Assembly: GCA_026391915.1 (NCBI GenBank)
Contig: JAPLCZ010000168.1
Coordinates: 1-51,121, forward strand
Length of the DNA: 51,121 bases
Source of the DNA: Bacteroidota bacterium
Lineage (GTDB): Bacteria > Bacteroidota > Bacteroidia > CAILMK01
Reading direction: 5' to 3'
The notes beneath the pieces were generated by a model, which was not told the DNA's origin, ran no database searches, and was given only the letters and a program-made list of their open reading frames with translations. The position numbers and the translations under genes are program-made. Below are positions 9,452 to 18,193 of the stretch, in pieces; within the stretch, counting starts at the first letter, position 1, and each line of letters starts with the position of its first letter.

Positions 9452-10198
9452 ATGAAAAAAGAAGCCATTAAATCTTTCGTTTGGTGTGCCAATAAACTAG
9501 GCTACATAATAGTACTCATTATTATTACTAAACTTTTGGGATGTAGTAATAACTCTAAGGAGTTGGTGATAGAGAAGTACAAAAACGGGAAGATAAAATA
9601 TAAATATTATAAGGTAAATGGAGTAATTGAAGGAGTTCGTAAGTATTATGACTCCCTCGGGCATTTATGTTATATAGCAAATTTTACTCATGACACTGCT
9701 AATGGGTTGGTCAAATACTTTTATGAAAATGGTAAGCTTAAATCAGTAGGTAATTTACGTAAAGGAAAACTTAATGGAATTTCTTATAGATATGATACAC
9801 TTGGGAATGTCTTTGAAGAAAGATATTATAAGAATGAAGACTTGCTTTATCAAGTGATTTATTCAGATTCATTTGGTAATAGAATTTGGGAATTACAACC
9901 AATTGTAGAAGGACTACCTGATACAATTTTTTCTGACAAAATATATAATCTGAAATTTAGTATTCTTGGAGCTAGAAAGTTTGAGTTAAAGGAAACCTAT
10001 ATTGAGTATTACTGTTTAAAATTTCCATCAGGACATTTTCCAAATCCTAGTTATTTCAAATCGAACTTCTCTAGATATTGGAGTGGTGATTTTAAGGTTC
10101 AAGAAAAAGGAAAATATGAATTTCTAGCCTATCTTTGGGATCCTAAAGAAAAGATAATTAGCAGCGTGCCCTATCACCAAATTATTTATGTTAAATAG
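9452..10198 (+). CDS. MORN-variant/YwqK-like repeat putative lipoprotein
   Basis: Y(Y/D)xxGxL repeats (YYDSLGHL, FYENGKLK, RYDTLGNV) and an LLGC lipobox-like motif. Visibly more AT-rich than the flanking genes. Confidence 0.75.
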   Translation: MKKEAIKSFVWCANKLGYIIVLIIITKLLGCSNNSKELVIEKYKNGKIKYKYYKVNGVIEGVRKYYDSLGHLCYIANFTHDTANGLVKYFYENGKLKSVGNLRKGKLNGISYRYDTLGNVFEERYYKNEDLLYQVIYSDSFGNRIWELQPIVEGLPDTIFSDKIYNLKFSILGARKFELKETYIEYYCLKFPSGHFPNPSYFKSNFSRYWSGDFKVQEKGKYEFLAYLWDPKEKIISSVPYHQIIYVK

Positions 10199-10209
10199 GC
10201 AATATTCCG

Positions 10210-10770
10210 CTGTCCTTGATTTTAAGCGAAGCGCATCAAGGACGACAGATAAAAAAGGATTATTCCCTGCGGTCATGAGCTAAAGGTTTATAATCCGGTT
10301 CTGGAGAACCTAAACTATATATCCTCCTTAATGCATAAAACCTCGTAGGTTTTTAGGTCCTACGAGGTTTGGTTTTCATGGTGTATAACACCCCTAATGG
10401 GGTTTAGAAAATCTTATCCATAATACCCTGCCCTCGCAAGACTGTGTCTTGTGAGTTCTAACGGGCAGTTTGTAACTGATGTGGGCAGGCTTTTGAGATT
10501 ATAAACTAAACCCCCACCGCACTTAAGTTATAAACTTGCCATAAAAAGTCACAAGACACAGTCTTGCGACAGCAAAGGTTTGGGTTTCATGGTGTAGAAC
10601 ACCCCTAATGGGGTTTAGAAAATCTTATCCATAATACTTTCTACAAACAGAAAATCCCCAACGGGATTTAAAAAGCAGTTTTTAGCAGCTCCGTAGGAGT
10701 ATTCTGTTTGTAGAACCCAATTAGAAAGTTGCTTTTTTAGCCCCGTTAGGGGCGCGCCTGTTTTACAAAC
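10210..10770. repeat. Mosaic cluster of REP/REPIN-like palindromes with 62-bp direct repeats
   Basis: Hairpins gtccttgat/atcaaggac, aaacctcgtagg/cctacgaggttt (10338-10370), tcgcaagactgtgtcttgtga/its reverse complement (10434/10549) and ttctacaaacagaa/ttctgtttgtagaa (10639/10702). Direct repeats at 10365-10426 and 10576-10637. Confidence 0.8.
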
Positions 10771-10819
10771 CTATCAGTTTTGATATTATGATGCTCCTTA
10801 TTCATCCGCTACTAAAATA

Positions 10820-11010
10820 ATCTCCTTATCAAACCAATTTATTTTATTGGTAAGATGATTTAACTCCTCATCTATTAATTTTATCTACTTAGCAGCTACT
10901 GCCATCCAATTTTATTATCTACTATGCTGATTGGATGCGCTGCTAAGTAGATTTTATGGGCTACTAAGTTTTTACTAACTTTATTGATTATCATTTATTT
11001 ATCTACTTAT
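10820..11010. repeat. Degenerate 21-bp-period AT-rich array with internal hairpin
   Basis: ct(a/c/g)ct motifs at 10822, 10864, 10885 and at 10919, 10940, 10961, 11003. Inverted repeat atctacttagcagc/gctgctaagtagat at 10883-10952. Confidence 0.5.
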
Positions 11011-11135
11011 GTTAAATTTTTTATTAAAAATATTTTTGTTGATATAAATGTGGTAATTATATTTGCAGCGGGGTTCTTTATCACCCCTACTAAGAAAACG
11101 CAATTTACTACTAATAATTTATATCAACTAAAAAA

Positions 11136-12074
11136 ATGGCAAAGAAGGAAAAAAAACGGGATTATAACTTTAGCGATGCTACTTTAAGTGGCCTCTCAAA
11201 TCAATTTTTGGCTTACGCAGCACGTGATACGGGTGACTTAACCCCAAGGGGCTATACCCCAGCAGATGCTACCAATATGAATGCTAAATTAGTGACCTTC
11301 AATGGGCTTTTGCCCAATAGCTATTATGTTGGGCAGATTACCGATGCTGTTGCTGATAAAGACGCAGCACGTGGGGAGCTTGAATTAGCAATGGATGCCA
11401 TCATCTCACGCGTGGTGCAGGTACACGGATATGATAATACGCAATACACACAATTTGATGTGGCTGGCTACTCTGGTTTTAGTGATGACCAATTAGTTTC
11501 TGCGGCTAACAGAGTGCATACCATTGGTTTATTAATCTATGCTAACTATAGCGCACAGGGTATGACGCAGGCAATGGTAAATCTCATCACCCCAAAACTT
11601 ACTGATTTCAATACAAAACTGGCTTTGATAGGCATCAAAGTAAATGACCAAGATGAAGCAACAGATTTAAGGGTAGAAAAAGGGAATGAGCTCTATGCCG
11701 ATTTGGTTATACTTGCCCGCGCAGGTCAGCAGACGTATAAAAATACCAATCCTGCTAAGCAAAATGATTATGTAATCTATGAAACAACTGCCAGTGGGTT
11801 CACCAAAGTAAAAGCATTTGTTGGCGAAACGAAATTAGTGCCTATTGAATTGGTTGCTAATGGTGTATATCATGTTAAATCCAGCGGCGGACCAATGCAA
11901 ATGGGTACCTGTGCAGATTCCAACGCCCCATTTACGGGTCCTATCCTTGAATTACCAGATGGGTTTAATCAAGAAGTGAATATATCCGAATTTGGAGTGG
12001 CTACAGATGGGGTATTAAAGCTTATTAATGCCGGCGGAGTAACTGGGGAGCTGGAAATTAAGCGGGTGAGTTAG
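11136..12074 (+). CDS. Hypothetical cytoplasmic protein (helical N-domain plus predicted beta C-domain)
   Basis: 312-aa ORF with -7 box TATATTTG at 11058-11065 and an A-rich start. No signal peptide and no recognised motif. Confidence 0.8.
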   Translation: MAKKEKKRDYNFSDATLSGLSNQFLAYAARDTGDLTPRGYTPADATNMNAKLVTFNGLLPNSYYVGQITDAVADKDAARGELELAMDAIISRVVQVHGYDNTQYTQFDVAGYSGFSDDQLVSAANRVHTIGLLIYANYSAQGMTQAMVNLITPKLTDFNTKLALIGIKVNDQDEATDLRVEKGNELYADLVILARAGQQTYKNTNPAKQNDYVIYETTASGFTKVKAFVGETKLVPIELVANGVYHVKSSGGPMQMGTCADSNAPFTGPILELPDGFNQEVNISEFGVATDGVLKLINAGGVTGELEIKRVS

Positions 12075-12079
12075 CGCGG

Positions 12080-12162
12080 AGTTCAAAGTTTCAAGTTTAA
12101 TGTTTAATGTTTGAGGTAGTTTGGTGTTCCAACCTTAAACCTTAAACTTTAAACCTTAAACT
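12080..12162. repeat. Inverted heptamer repeat tracts between convergent genes
   Basis: (a/t)gttt(a/c)a-type heptamers followed by aacctta/aacttta heptamers, the approximate reverse complement. Confidence 0.7.
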
Positions 12163-12171
12163 ATCAACTCC

Positions 12172-13146
12172 TTATTTCTCTTTCTTCTTCTGATATTTAC
12201 CATCCTTCCAAAGGCCTGCTTTGTAGTCGCCATCTGGGTAGTAGTAAGTGCCTTCACCATTCATATTGTCTTTTTCCCACATGCCTGTGTACCTCTCACC
12301 ATTGGGGTAGAACATACTGCCAAAGCCAAAGAAGTCGCCGTCTTTAAATTCGCCTTCGTAGCGTTTGCCATCAGGGTAGTAGTACACGCCATTGCCGTTG
12401 AATTTATCTTTCCTGAAAAAGCCATCGTACTTTTTGCCATCAAGAAAGGTGTAAATTCCTTTGCCGCAAAAATCTCCTGCTAAAAAGCTGCCTTCATAAA
12501 AGGTATTATCAGGGTATGATATTTTGCCTTTGCCATCAAATTTATCAAATTTAAATTCGCCTTCATACTTCTTACCTCCGGGGAATACCAGCACTCCCTT
12601 GCCGTGGAAGTCATTATCCTTAAACTCGCCTTCGTATTTTCTGCCATCCGTAAAAGATAATTTACCAAAGCCGTTGTATTTATCTCCTCTAAAGTTGCCT
12701 TCGTATTTTCTGCCTTCATCAAAGGTCATTACACCAAAGCTATCTCGCACATCATCTCGCCAAGTTCCTACGTATTTATCTCCATTAGCCCATATCATAG
12801 TGCCTTGTCCATTGAAGTCGCCTTCTTTAAATTCGCCTTCATATTTTCTGCCATCAGGGTATGAGTAAGTTCCTTTTCCATTTTGTTTGCCATTAACATA
12901 TATGCCGCTTAGTACCCTGCCGTTGGCAAGTATCATTACGCCTTGTCCGTTTTGCAAACCATCCTTCCAGGCGCCGGTATATTTATCACCATTTGCCCAT
13001 ATCATAGTGCCTTGTCCGTCTCTTTTACCTACCTGCATTTCCCCGTCATATTTGCTGCCATCAGGGTACACTTTTGTTTCTTTGTTTTGTGCAAAAGAGG
13101 CTGCCGAGATGTTTAAAAGCAGGATGAATAGATAAATTTTTTTCAT
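12172..13146 (-). CDS. Secreted MORN-repeat protein (copy 1)
   Basis: Signal peptide plus about 13 repeats of 23 aa, Y(P)DGxKYEGEFKxxxFxGxG. Confidence 0.93.
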   Translation of the reverse strand: MKKIYLFILLLNISAASFAQNKETKVYPDGSKYDGEMQVGKRDGQGTMIWANGDKYTGAWKDGLQNGQGVMILANGRVLSGIYVNGKQNGKGTYSYPDGRKYEGEFKEGDFNGQGTMIWANGDKYVGTWRDDVRDSFGVMTFDEGRKYEGNFRGDKYNGFGKLSFTDGRKYEGEFKDNDFHGKGVLVFPGGKKYEGEFKFDKFDGKGKISYPDNTFYEGSFLAGDFCGKGIYTFLDGKKYDGFFRKDKFNGNGVYYYPDGKRYEGEFKDGDFFGFGSMFYPNGERYTGMWEKDNMNGEGTYYYPDGDYKAGLWKDGKYQKKKEK

Positions 13147-13250
13147 GTTTTGTTGTTTATTTTTTATTATGATTTTTAAGAACTTTAAGTTTTAAAATGG
13201 CGAAGTTAATTACTTTATGATAAATCAAAATTTGGATGGCTGCAAAATGC

Positions 13251-13280
13251 AAAGCACCAACCCCTATGGGTTGGTGCTTT
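13251..13280 (-). terminator. Hairpin terminator of MORN copy 2
   Basis: aaagcaccaaccc-ctat-gggttggtgcttt. Confidence 0.7.
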
Positions 13281-13322
13281 GGTGCATTAATATCTTATAA
13301 AAACCCTGAGGTAATAAAACCC

Positions 13323-14324
13323 TTAATGGTTTGTTGAGGTGGTAATTGTTTGTTTCTCTCTTTTTTCAATGAGTGCTCCATCTTTCCAGATTCCGTATTG
13401 TTTGTTGCCATCAGTATAATAGTATGTGCCTTCACCGTTGATGTTGTCATTCTCCCAACTGCCAGAGTATTTCTCTCCGTTTTTATAGTACATAGTTCCT
13501 TTGCCAGAGAAATCACCGTTTCTAAATTCACCTTCGTAGCGTTTGCCATCTGGGTAGTAGTAGGTTCCGTAGCCGTTGAATTTATCCTTTTTAAAGTAGC
13601 CAATGTATTTTTTTCCATCTGCAAATACGTATGTTCCTTTGCCAGAGAAATCACCTTCCAAAAAGTCTCCTTCGTAATATGATTTATCAGTATAGCTTAG
13701 TTTACCGTGGCCATCAAATTTATCAGCCTTAAAATTCCCCTCATACTTTTTGCCACTACTATAGGTAAATACCCCTTTGCCATTGAAATCATTCTTCTTG
13801 AATTCGCCTTCGTATATATCTCCATTTGCATAGGTGAGTTTACCCTTGCCATCATAGTTATCATCTTTATAGTATCCTTCGTATTTTTTGCCGGTGGCAA
13901 ATGTCATAACACCGAAACTATCTTTTACATCATCTTTCCAAGAGCCAGTGTATTTATCACCATTGCCCCATACCATTGTTCCCTGCCCATGGAAGTCTCC
14001 GTTTTTAAAATCACCAGTATATTTTCTTTTATCAGGATAGGTGTATGTACCTTTTCCGTTTAGCTTACCTTCTCGGAATTCACCTTCTAGTATTCTGCCG
14101 TTAGCTTTGGTAAGTAATCCTTTGCCGGATTCAGCATCGTTATTTCATTCACCTGTGTATTTATCACCATTAGCCCAGGTCATAGTACCTTGGCCTTGGC
14201 GTTTGCCGTCCTTCATTTTCCCCTCGTATTTGCTGCCGTTAGGGTAAGTTAAGGTTTCTGTAGTTTGTGCATATGTAATAAATGCAATACTAATTGAGAA
14301 CATAAATAAAAATAGCTTCTTCAT
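13323..14324 (-). pseudogene. Secreted MORN-repeat protein copy 2 with a single in-frame TGA at codon 60
   Basis: From ATG 14324: MKKLFLFMFSISIAFITYAQTTETLTYPNGSKYEGKMKDGKRQGQGTMTWANGDKYTGE*NNDAESGKG..., in frame with ORF-track 13323..13976. Residue 60 of copy 1 is W. Confidence 0.88.
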
Positions 14325-14416
14325 AAATAAATTAATTTTAAATTTTAATGCTACAAAACTATGTTCGTTAATTATGATGTTTTATATCAATTTATCCCAA
14401 GTTCTTACATGGTATC

Positions 14417-14971
14417 TTACTCAAACTGCTTATACCATTTATCAAAAAGCTTTTGTTGTCTATCCCCCAAACCCTTCACCTTAGCTTTTACCACCTTTAT
14501 TGATTTCTCCATAAAAAGCCTTTTGGGGTTTTTAGAATAAAACAGGTCAGCATAGGAAATTATCTTCTCTTCTATGGTTTCGCAAAGCATATCCCGCTGC
14601 GGCAATAGTAATTTATTTTTGATGATTTCATCTTTGGTTAATCCACCAACACCAATATGGTTCTCCGCTATTTTAGCATGCAGGGGCAAGCCCTCCGCCT
14701 CAAGAATCTTTCTACCCTCTATTATATGTTGTATGTAAGGGAGCTCACCAAGGCAACCAATCTTTATTGATTTAACTTTTATAATGCCTATGTCATGCAG
14801 CATACCCGCCTCTTCTATAAACCGAATTTGTTCTGGCTTTAATTTTAGCTTTTTAGCAATCTTGATGGCTTTGGCCGTAACAAGCGTTACGTGGGGTACA
14901 TAAATTCTGTAAGCCAATGAATATACAGGTATGTGGTTTTGAATAATTTTAAAATAATCTACTTTCTGCAT
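14417..14971 (-). CDS. HD(IG)-domain metal-dependent phosphohydrolase
   Basis: H...MLHDIG...ENHIGVG...YADLF motifs. Confidence 0.88.
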   Translation of the reverse strand: MQKVDYFKIIQNHIPVYSLAYRIYVPHVTLVTAKAIKIAKKLKLKPEQIRFIEEAGMLHDIGIIKVKSIKIGCLGELPYIQHIIEGRKILEAEGLPLHAKIAENHIGVGGLTKDEIIKNKLLLPQRDMLCETIEEKIISYADLFYSKNPKRLFMEKSIKVVKAKVKGLGDRQQKLFDKWYKQFE

Positions 14972-15011
14972 GTGTGGGATTTAATACTGCAAATATTAAC
15001 AAAAGAGATAT

Positions 15012-15044
15012 AAAAAAGAAAGGCAGCTTTTTGGGCTGCCTTTC
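15012..15044 (-). terminator. Terminator of the Omp28-T9SS gene
   Basis: gaaaggcagc/gctgcctttc stem with an A-run on +. Confidence 0.75.
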
Positions 15045-15071
15045 ATAAATTAATATAATTTCTAAACTAAA

Positions 15072-17096
15072 TTATTTGATAACACTTAAGCGCTGATTAG
15101 CTACTTGGTCACCAACTTTTAAAGTTACCATATACATACCTTGAGCAAGGTTAGAGGTATTTACATCAAGGTTGTAGTTACCTTCTGTTAATGTTTTACC
15201 ATCAGCAATAGTAGCAACTTTTTGACCCATCATATTGTAAACTTCTAAGGTTACTGCTTTATTACCTTTTACATTAAAGTTAACAGCAGTTTGCCCAATG
15301 GCAGGGTTTGGATACATCTCAAATTTGTAATCGTTATTGGCATTAGCAATTGAAGATGCTTCATCAAGATTGATTTGGTCAATCCACATAGCATTACCTC
15401 CATCACCAGGGATACCAGAAACTTTTACTAATACGCTTTTGCCTTTGTATTTAGCCATGTTTACACCTACCCAAACATATTCGCCAGATTTAGGAACATA
15501 TAGAGCATTAGCAGCAGTTGGTTTTCCAGTTTCAGTACAAGTAACATCACTGATTTTTTTCCAGTTTACACCACAGTCTTCAGAAACTGCAACCTGAATA
15601 GTAGGGGCTGTGCCACCGTAGCTTCCGCTTGCAGATACATTACCTTTATCAGAATAAGCATAAAAATAAGTAAGCATAGGAGCTTGAATATTTGAGAGGT
15701 CAGCTTCTCCAAAAAGAATATCACCTGGTAAACCAGCAACATTCCATGAACTATGAATATTGAAAAGAACTGCACCTTTAGAGCCATCTGCACCAATGCC
15801 AGTTGTGGTTCCAACTAACATTGATACTCTTGGATTCTGAGTTAAATCAAACGCAAAGTTTGCAGGCATAGTACCATCAAACCCACCTAATACAGATGTA
15901 ACAGCATTTTTAGCAAAGCCAATTCCCGTTAAACCATAGTTGTCGTTTGATTCGTCAGTATCAAATAAGCTATCATTATTTACATTTTTAAAACCAGTAA
16001 TGTTTAGGTTATAGTAACCGCCAGATGTAAGAGTAATATCACCCCAATCCATAGTTGTTTTTGCGCCTTTAGCCAAACTACCTGTAAATGTTTTGGTATA
16101 GTCAGTACCATTGATATTAGCTGTGATATCAAAAGTTGTAATAACGTTTGACATATTATTTACCACCTCAACTTTAGGATGAAGTGAAGCAACACATAAA
16201 CCAGTTGGTGTAGCAGTTTGATTGCTTAAAGCCAAATCTGTTTTCAAAGCCGCATCAAAATCTACAGGTGCTTCTCCACCTGAAAGAATATTTCCTTTAC
16301 CTTCTGATACAAATGCAACAACAGTTAATTTATTGAATTTAACGTCAATACTTTTTAGTTGTGCAGGTAAAGTAACTTTATAAGTTTTAGAGGTTAATTG
16401 ACCTTTTCTTGTAGAATCTACTGCATCACCAAAGTCAGCGGAGGTAAGCAACATACGCAAAACGTGATTATGCTTATATAATTTTTTACCATTAACGGTT
16501 ACCCAATTGGTTGGGTTATAATTTCCGTAATCTGATTGTGGACCTAAGATACCATCTTCCAAAAGATAAACGGTAAGATAGTTAGTTGCTTTAGGGCTAT
16601 TAGCAGTATAATAAACTTCAACATCCGCAGTAAGCTCTCTTGTTTTTGGGTCAATAGTAGCTTTAACACCAATGTTTACAGGGCTTGTTTGGCTAGTTAT
16701 TTTACCAGCTTCACCAGTCCATTGACCTCTGTCGCAAGCGTAAGTACTACCTTGCATAACGGTGTTAGGGGTAACTCTGTTTACCATTCCTTTTGGGTAT
16801 CCACCACCACCAGTATAGCCATCAATAGCATCACCCGTAGAAGTACGGAAATCGGGCTCACCAGCACCTGGAGTTGCATATCCACCAGAGTGGATATTAA
16901 CCAAAATGATTTTGCCGCTATTTGCTGCAACTAAATCATTGGCTCTTTTGTGTCCATCAGGGCAATAACCGCAGTGTATGCCAGTGAACTCTTCAAGTAT
17001 CACTTTCTTGTTTTCAGAAGAAGTGCTTACAATTTTTTGGGCATTCATCTGCATTGCAATAAATGAAATAACGCCCAAAAGTAAAACTTTTTTCAT
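15072..17096 (-). CDS. Omp28-related thioredoxin-fold protein with T9SS CTD
   Basis: EEFTGIHCGYCP, HNHVLR, and CTD MYPNP..GMYMV..RLSVIK. Confidence 0.9.
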   Translation of the reverse strand: MKKVLLLGVISFIAMQMNAQKIVSTSSENKKVILEEFTGIHCGYCPDGHKRANDLVAANSGKIILVNIHSGGYATPGAGEPDFRTSTGDAIDGYTGGGGYPKGMVNRVTPNTVMQGSTYACDRGQWTGEAGKITSQTSPVNIGVKATIDPKTRELTADVEVYYTANSPKATNYLTVYLLEDGILGPQSDYGNYNPTNWVTVNGKKLYKHNHVLRMLLTSADFGDAVDSTRKGQLTSKTYKVTLPAQLKSIDVKFNKLTVVAFVSEGKGNILSGGEAPVDFDAALKTDLALSNQTATPTGLCVASLHPKVEVVNNMSNVITTFDITANINGTDYTKTFTGSLAKGAKTTMDWGDITLTSGGYYNLNITGFKNVNNDSLFDTDESNDNYGLTGIGFAKNAVTSVLGGFDGTMPANFAFDLTQNPRVSMLVGTTTGIGADGSKGAVLFNIHSSWNVAGLPGDILFGEADLSNIQAPMLTYFYAYSDKGNVSASGSYGGTAPTIQVAVSEDCGVNWKKISDVTCTETGKPTAANALYVPKSGEYVWVGVNMAKYKGKSVLVKVSGIPGDGGNAMWIDQINLDEASSIANANNDYKFEMYPNPAIGQTAVNFNVKGNKAVTLEVYNMMGQKVATIADGKTLTEGNYNLDVNTSNLAQGMYMVTLKVGDQVANQRLSVIK

Positions 17097-17260
17097 AATT
17101 TGTGTGTGTTTGTTTTTTGTTAATTTGGCTGCAAGTTAAGAATAAGTATAAAAACAAAATAATTTTTTAATTTTTTTTTCGTTGGGTATCGCTTTGCGAG
17201 TTGTTGCCAAAAAATTTTCATCTTAACATTTAACTTAAAATAATAAACTACTTTTGCTAA

Positions 17261-18193
17261 ATGAAAAGATACTATCCTTTCAAGATTGAATTTAAAATTG
17301 CCTCTCTGGGGCTTCTATTGGTGGTTTTCTTTACCTCTTGCCAAAAAGAAACTATCATTCATGAGAACGCTACTGTGCATAAAGATACCACTATCAGTGG
17401 GAATAAGGCACCGATTTATGACGGGGTAAGTAGCCTCCAAATCCAAACCTATATTAACAGGATGTATATAGATTTGATGGGCAGAAAACCTACAGATACA
17501 GAATTGAATTCCGGTTTCAATACACTAAAAGCAAATCCTCACTCTGATGTTTTGAGGGAAACTGTCATCAACACCCTTTTAAAAACGGATGCTTATTATA
17601 GGAGATTTTATGATTACATAAGTGATAAACTCATCAACGGGGCGGATAGTGCTGACATCTCTGAGAGGATTTATATTTATAAATATCTGCTTGGCAACTA
17701 CACAAAAACAGGAGAGAAATACTATGTAAATTATCTGAACATAGAAATTAAGAATCTGCAAAGCCTGATGAATTGCACTGATAATTATAAACAGAAAAAG
17801 TTTGGGATTGATAGCGTTTATAATTTCTTTTTGGTGAGTTATTTTTATGACCAGATTAATATGGGCAACGAAAATTTTGTGAAGGCTTGTTTTGAAAACC
17901 TCCTCTACCGCGACCCCACCAAAGAGGAATTGCGTTACGGAAAAGATATGTATGATAACAAAGCCGGAATCCTTTTCAGGGAAACAGGCATTTGTAAAAA
18001 TGATATTATTAAAATCATCACTAAGCAAGATGAATTTTACCAAGGATTGGTGATTGACGCCTATCTTTCCTTCCTTTTGCGGAAACCCAACACAGCAGAA
18101 ATTTCTGTGGATGCTAAAGAATTGATAGCATCAAAACGATTAGAAAATTTAAGAATCAAACTACTAAAATCTAAGGAATATGCGGGCTTTTAA
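17261..18193 (+). CDS. Lipoprotein with repeated helical YxxL(L)xRxP motifs (DUF1549/DUF1800/DUF4214-like)
   Basis: Lipobox FTSC; RMYIDLMGRKPT, FENLLYRDPT and YLSFLLRKPN. Confidence 0.75.
   Translation: MKRYYPFKIEFKIASLGLLLVVFFTSCQKETIIHENATVHKDTTISGNKAPIYDGVSSLQIQTYINRMYIDLMGRKPTDTELNSGFNTLKANPHSDVLRETVINTLLKTDAYYRRFYDYISDKLINGADSADISERIYIYKYLLGNYTKTGEKYYVNYLNIEIKNLQSLMNCTDNYKQKKFGIDSVYNFFLVSYFYDQINMGNENFVKACFENLLYRDPTKEELRYGKDMYDNKAGILFRETGICKNDIIKIITKQDEFYQGLVIDAYLSFLLRKPNTAEISVDAKELIASKRLENLRIKLLKSKEYAGF

Noticed and set aside
10984-11187. 67-aa ORF overlapping 11136-12074
   Set aside because: Low-complexity translation of AT-rich promoter DNA.
3256-14147. Selenocysteine codons
   Set aside because: Both TGAs align with Trp, not Cys, in non-redox proteins.
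12261-14247. Alternative-frame and antisense ORFs over the MORN genes (12261, 12480, 12524, 12887, 13295, 13350, 13697, 13707, 14041)
   Set aside because: Shadows of repetitive MORN coding sequence with no independent signals.
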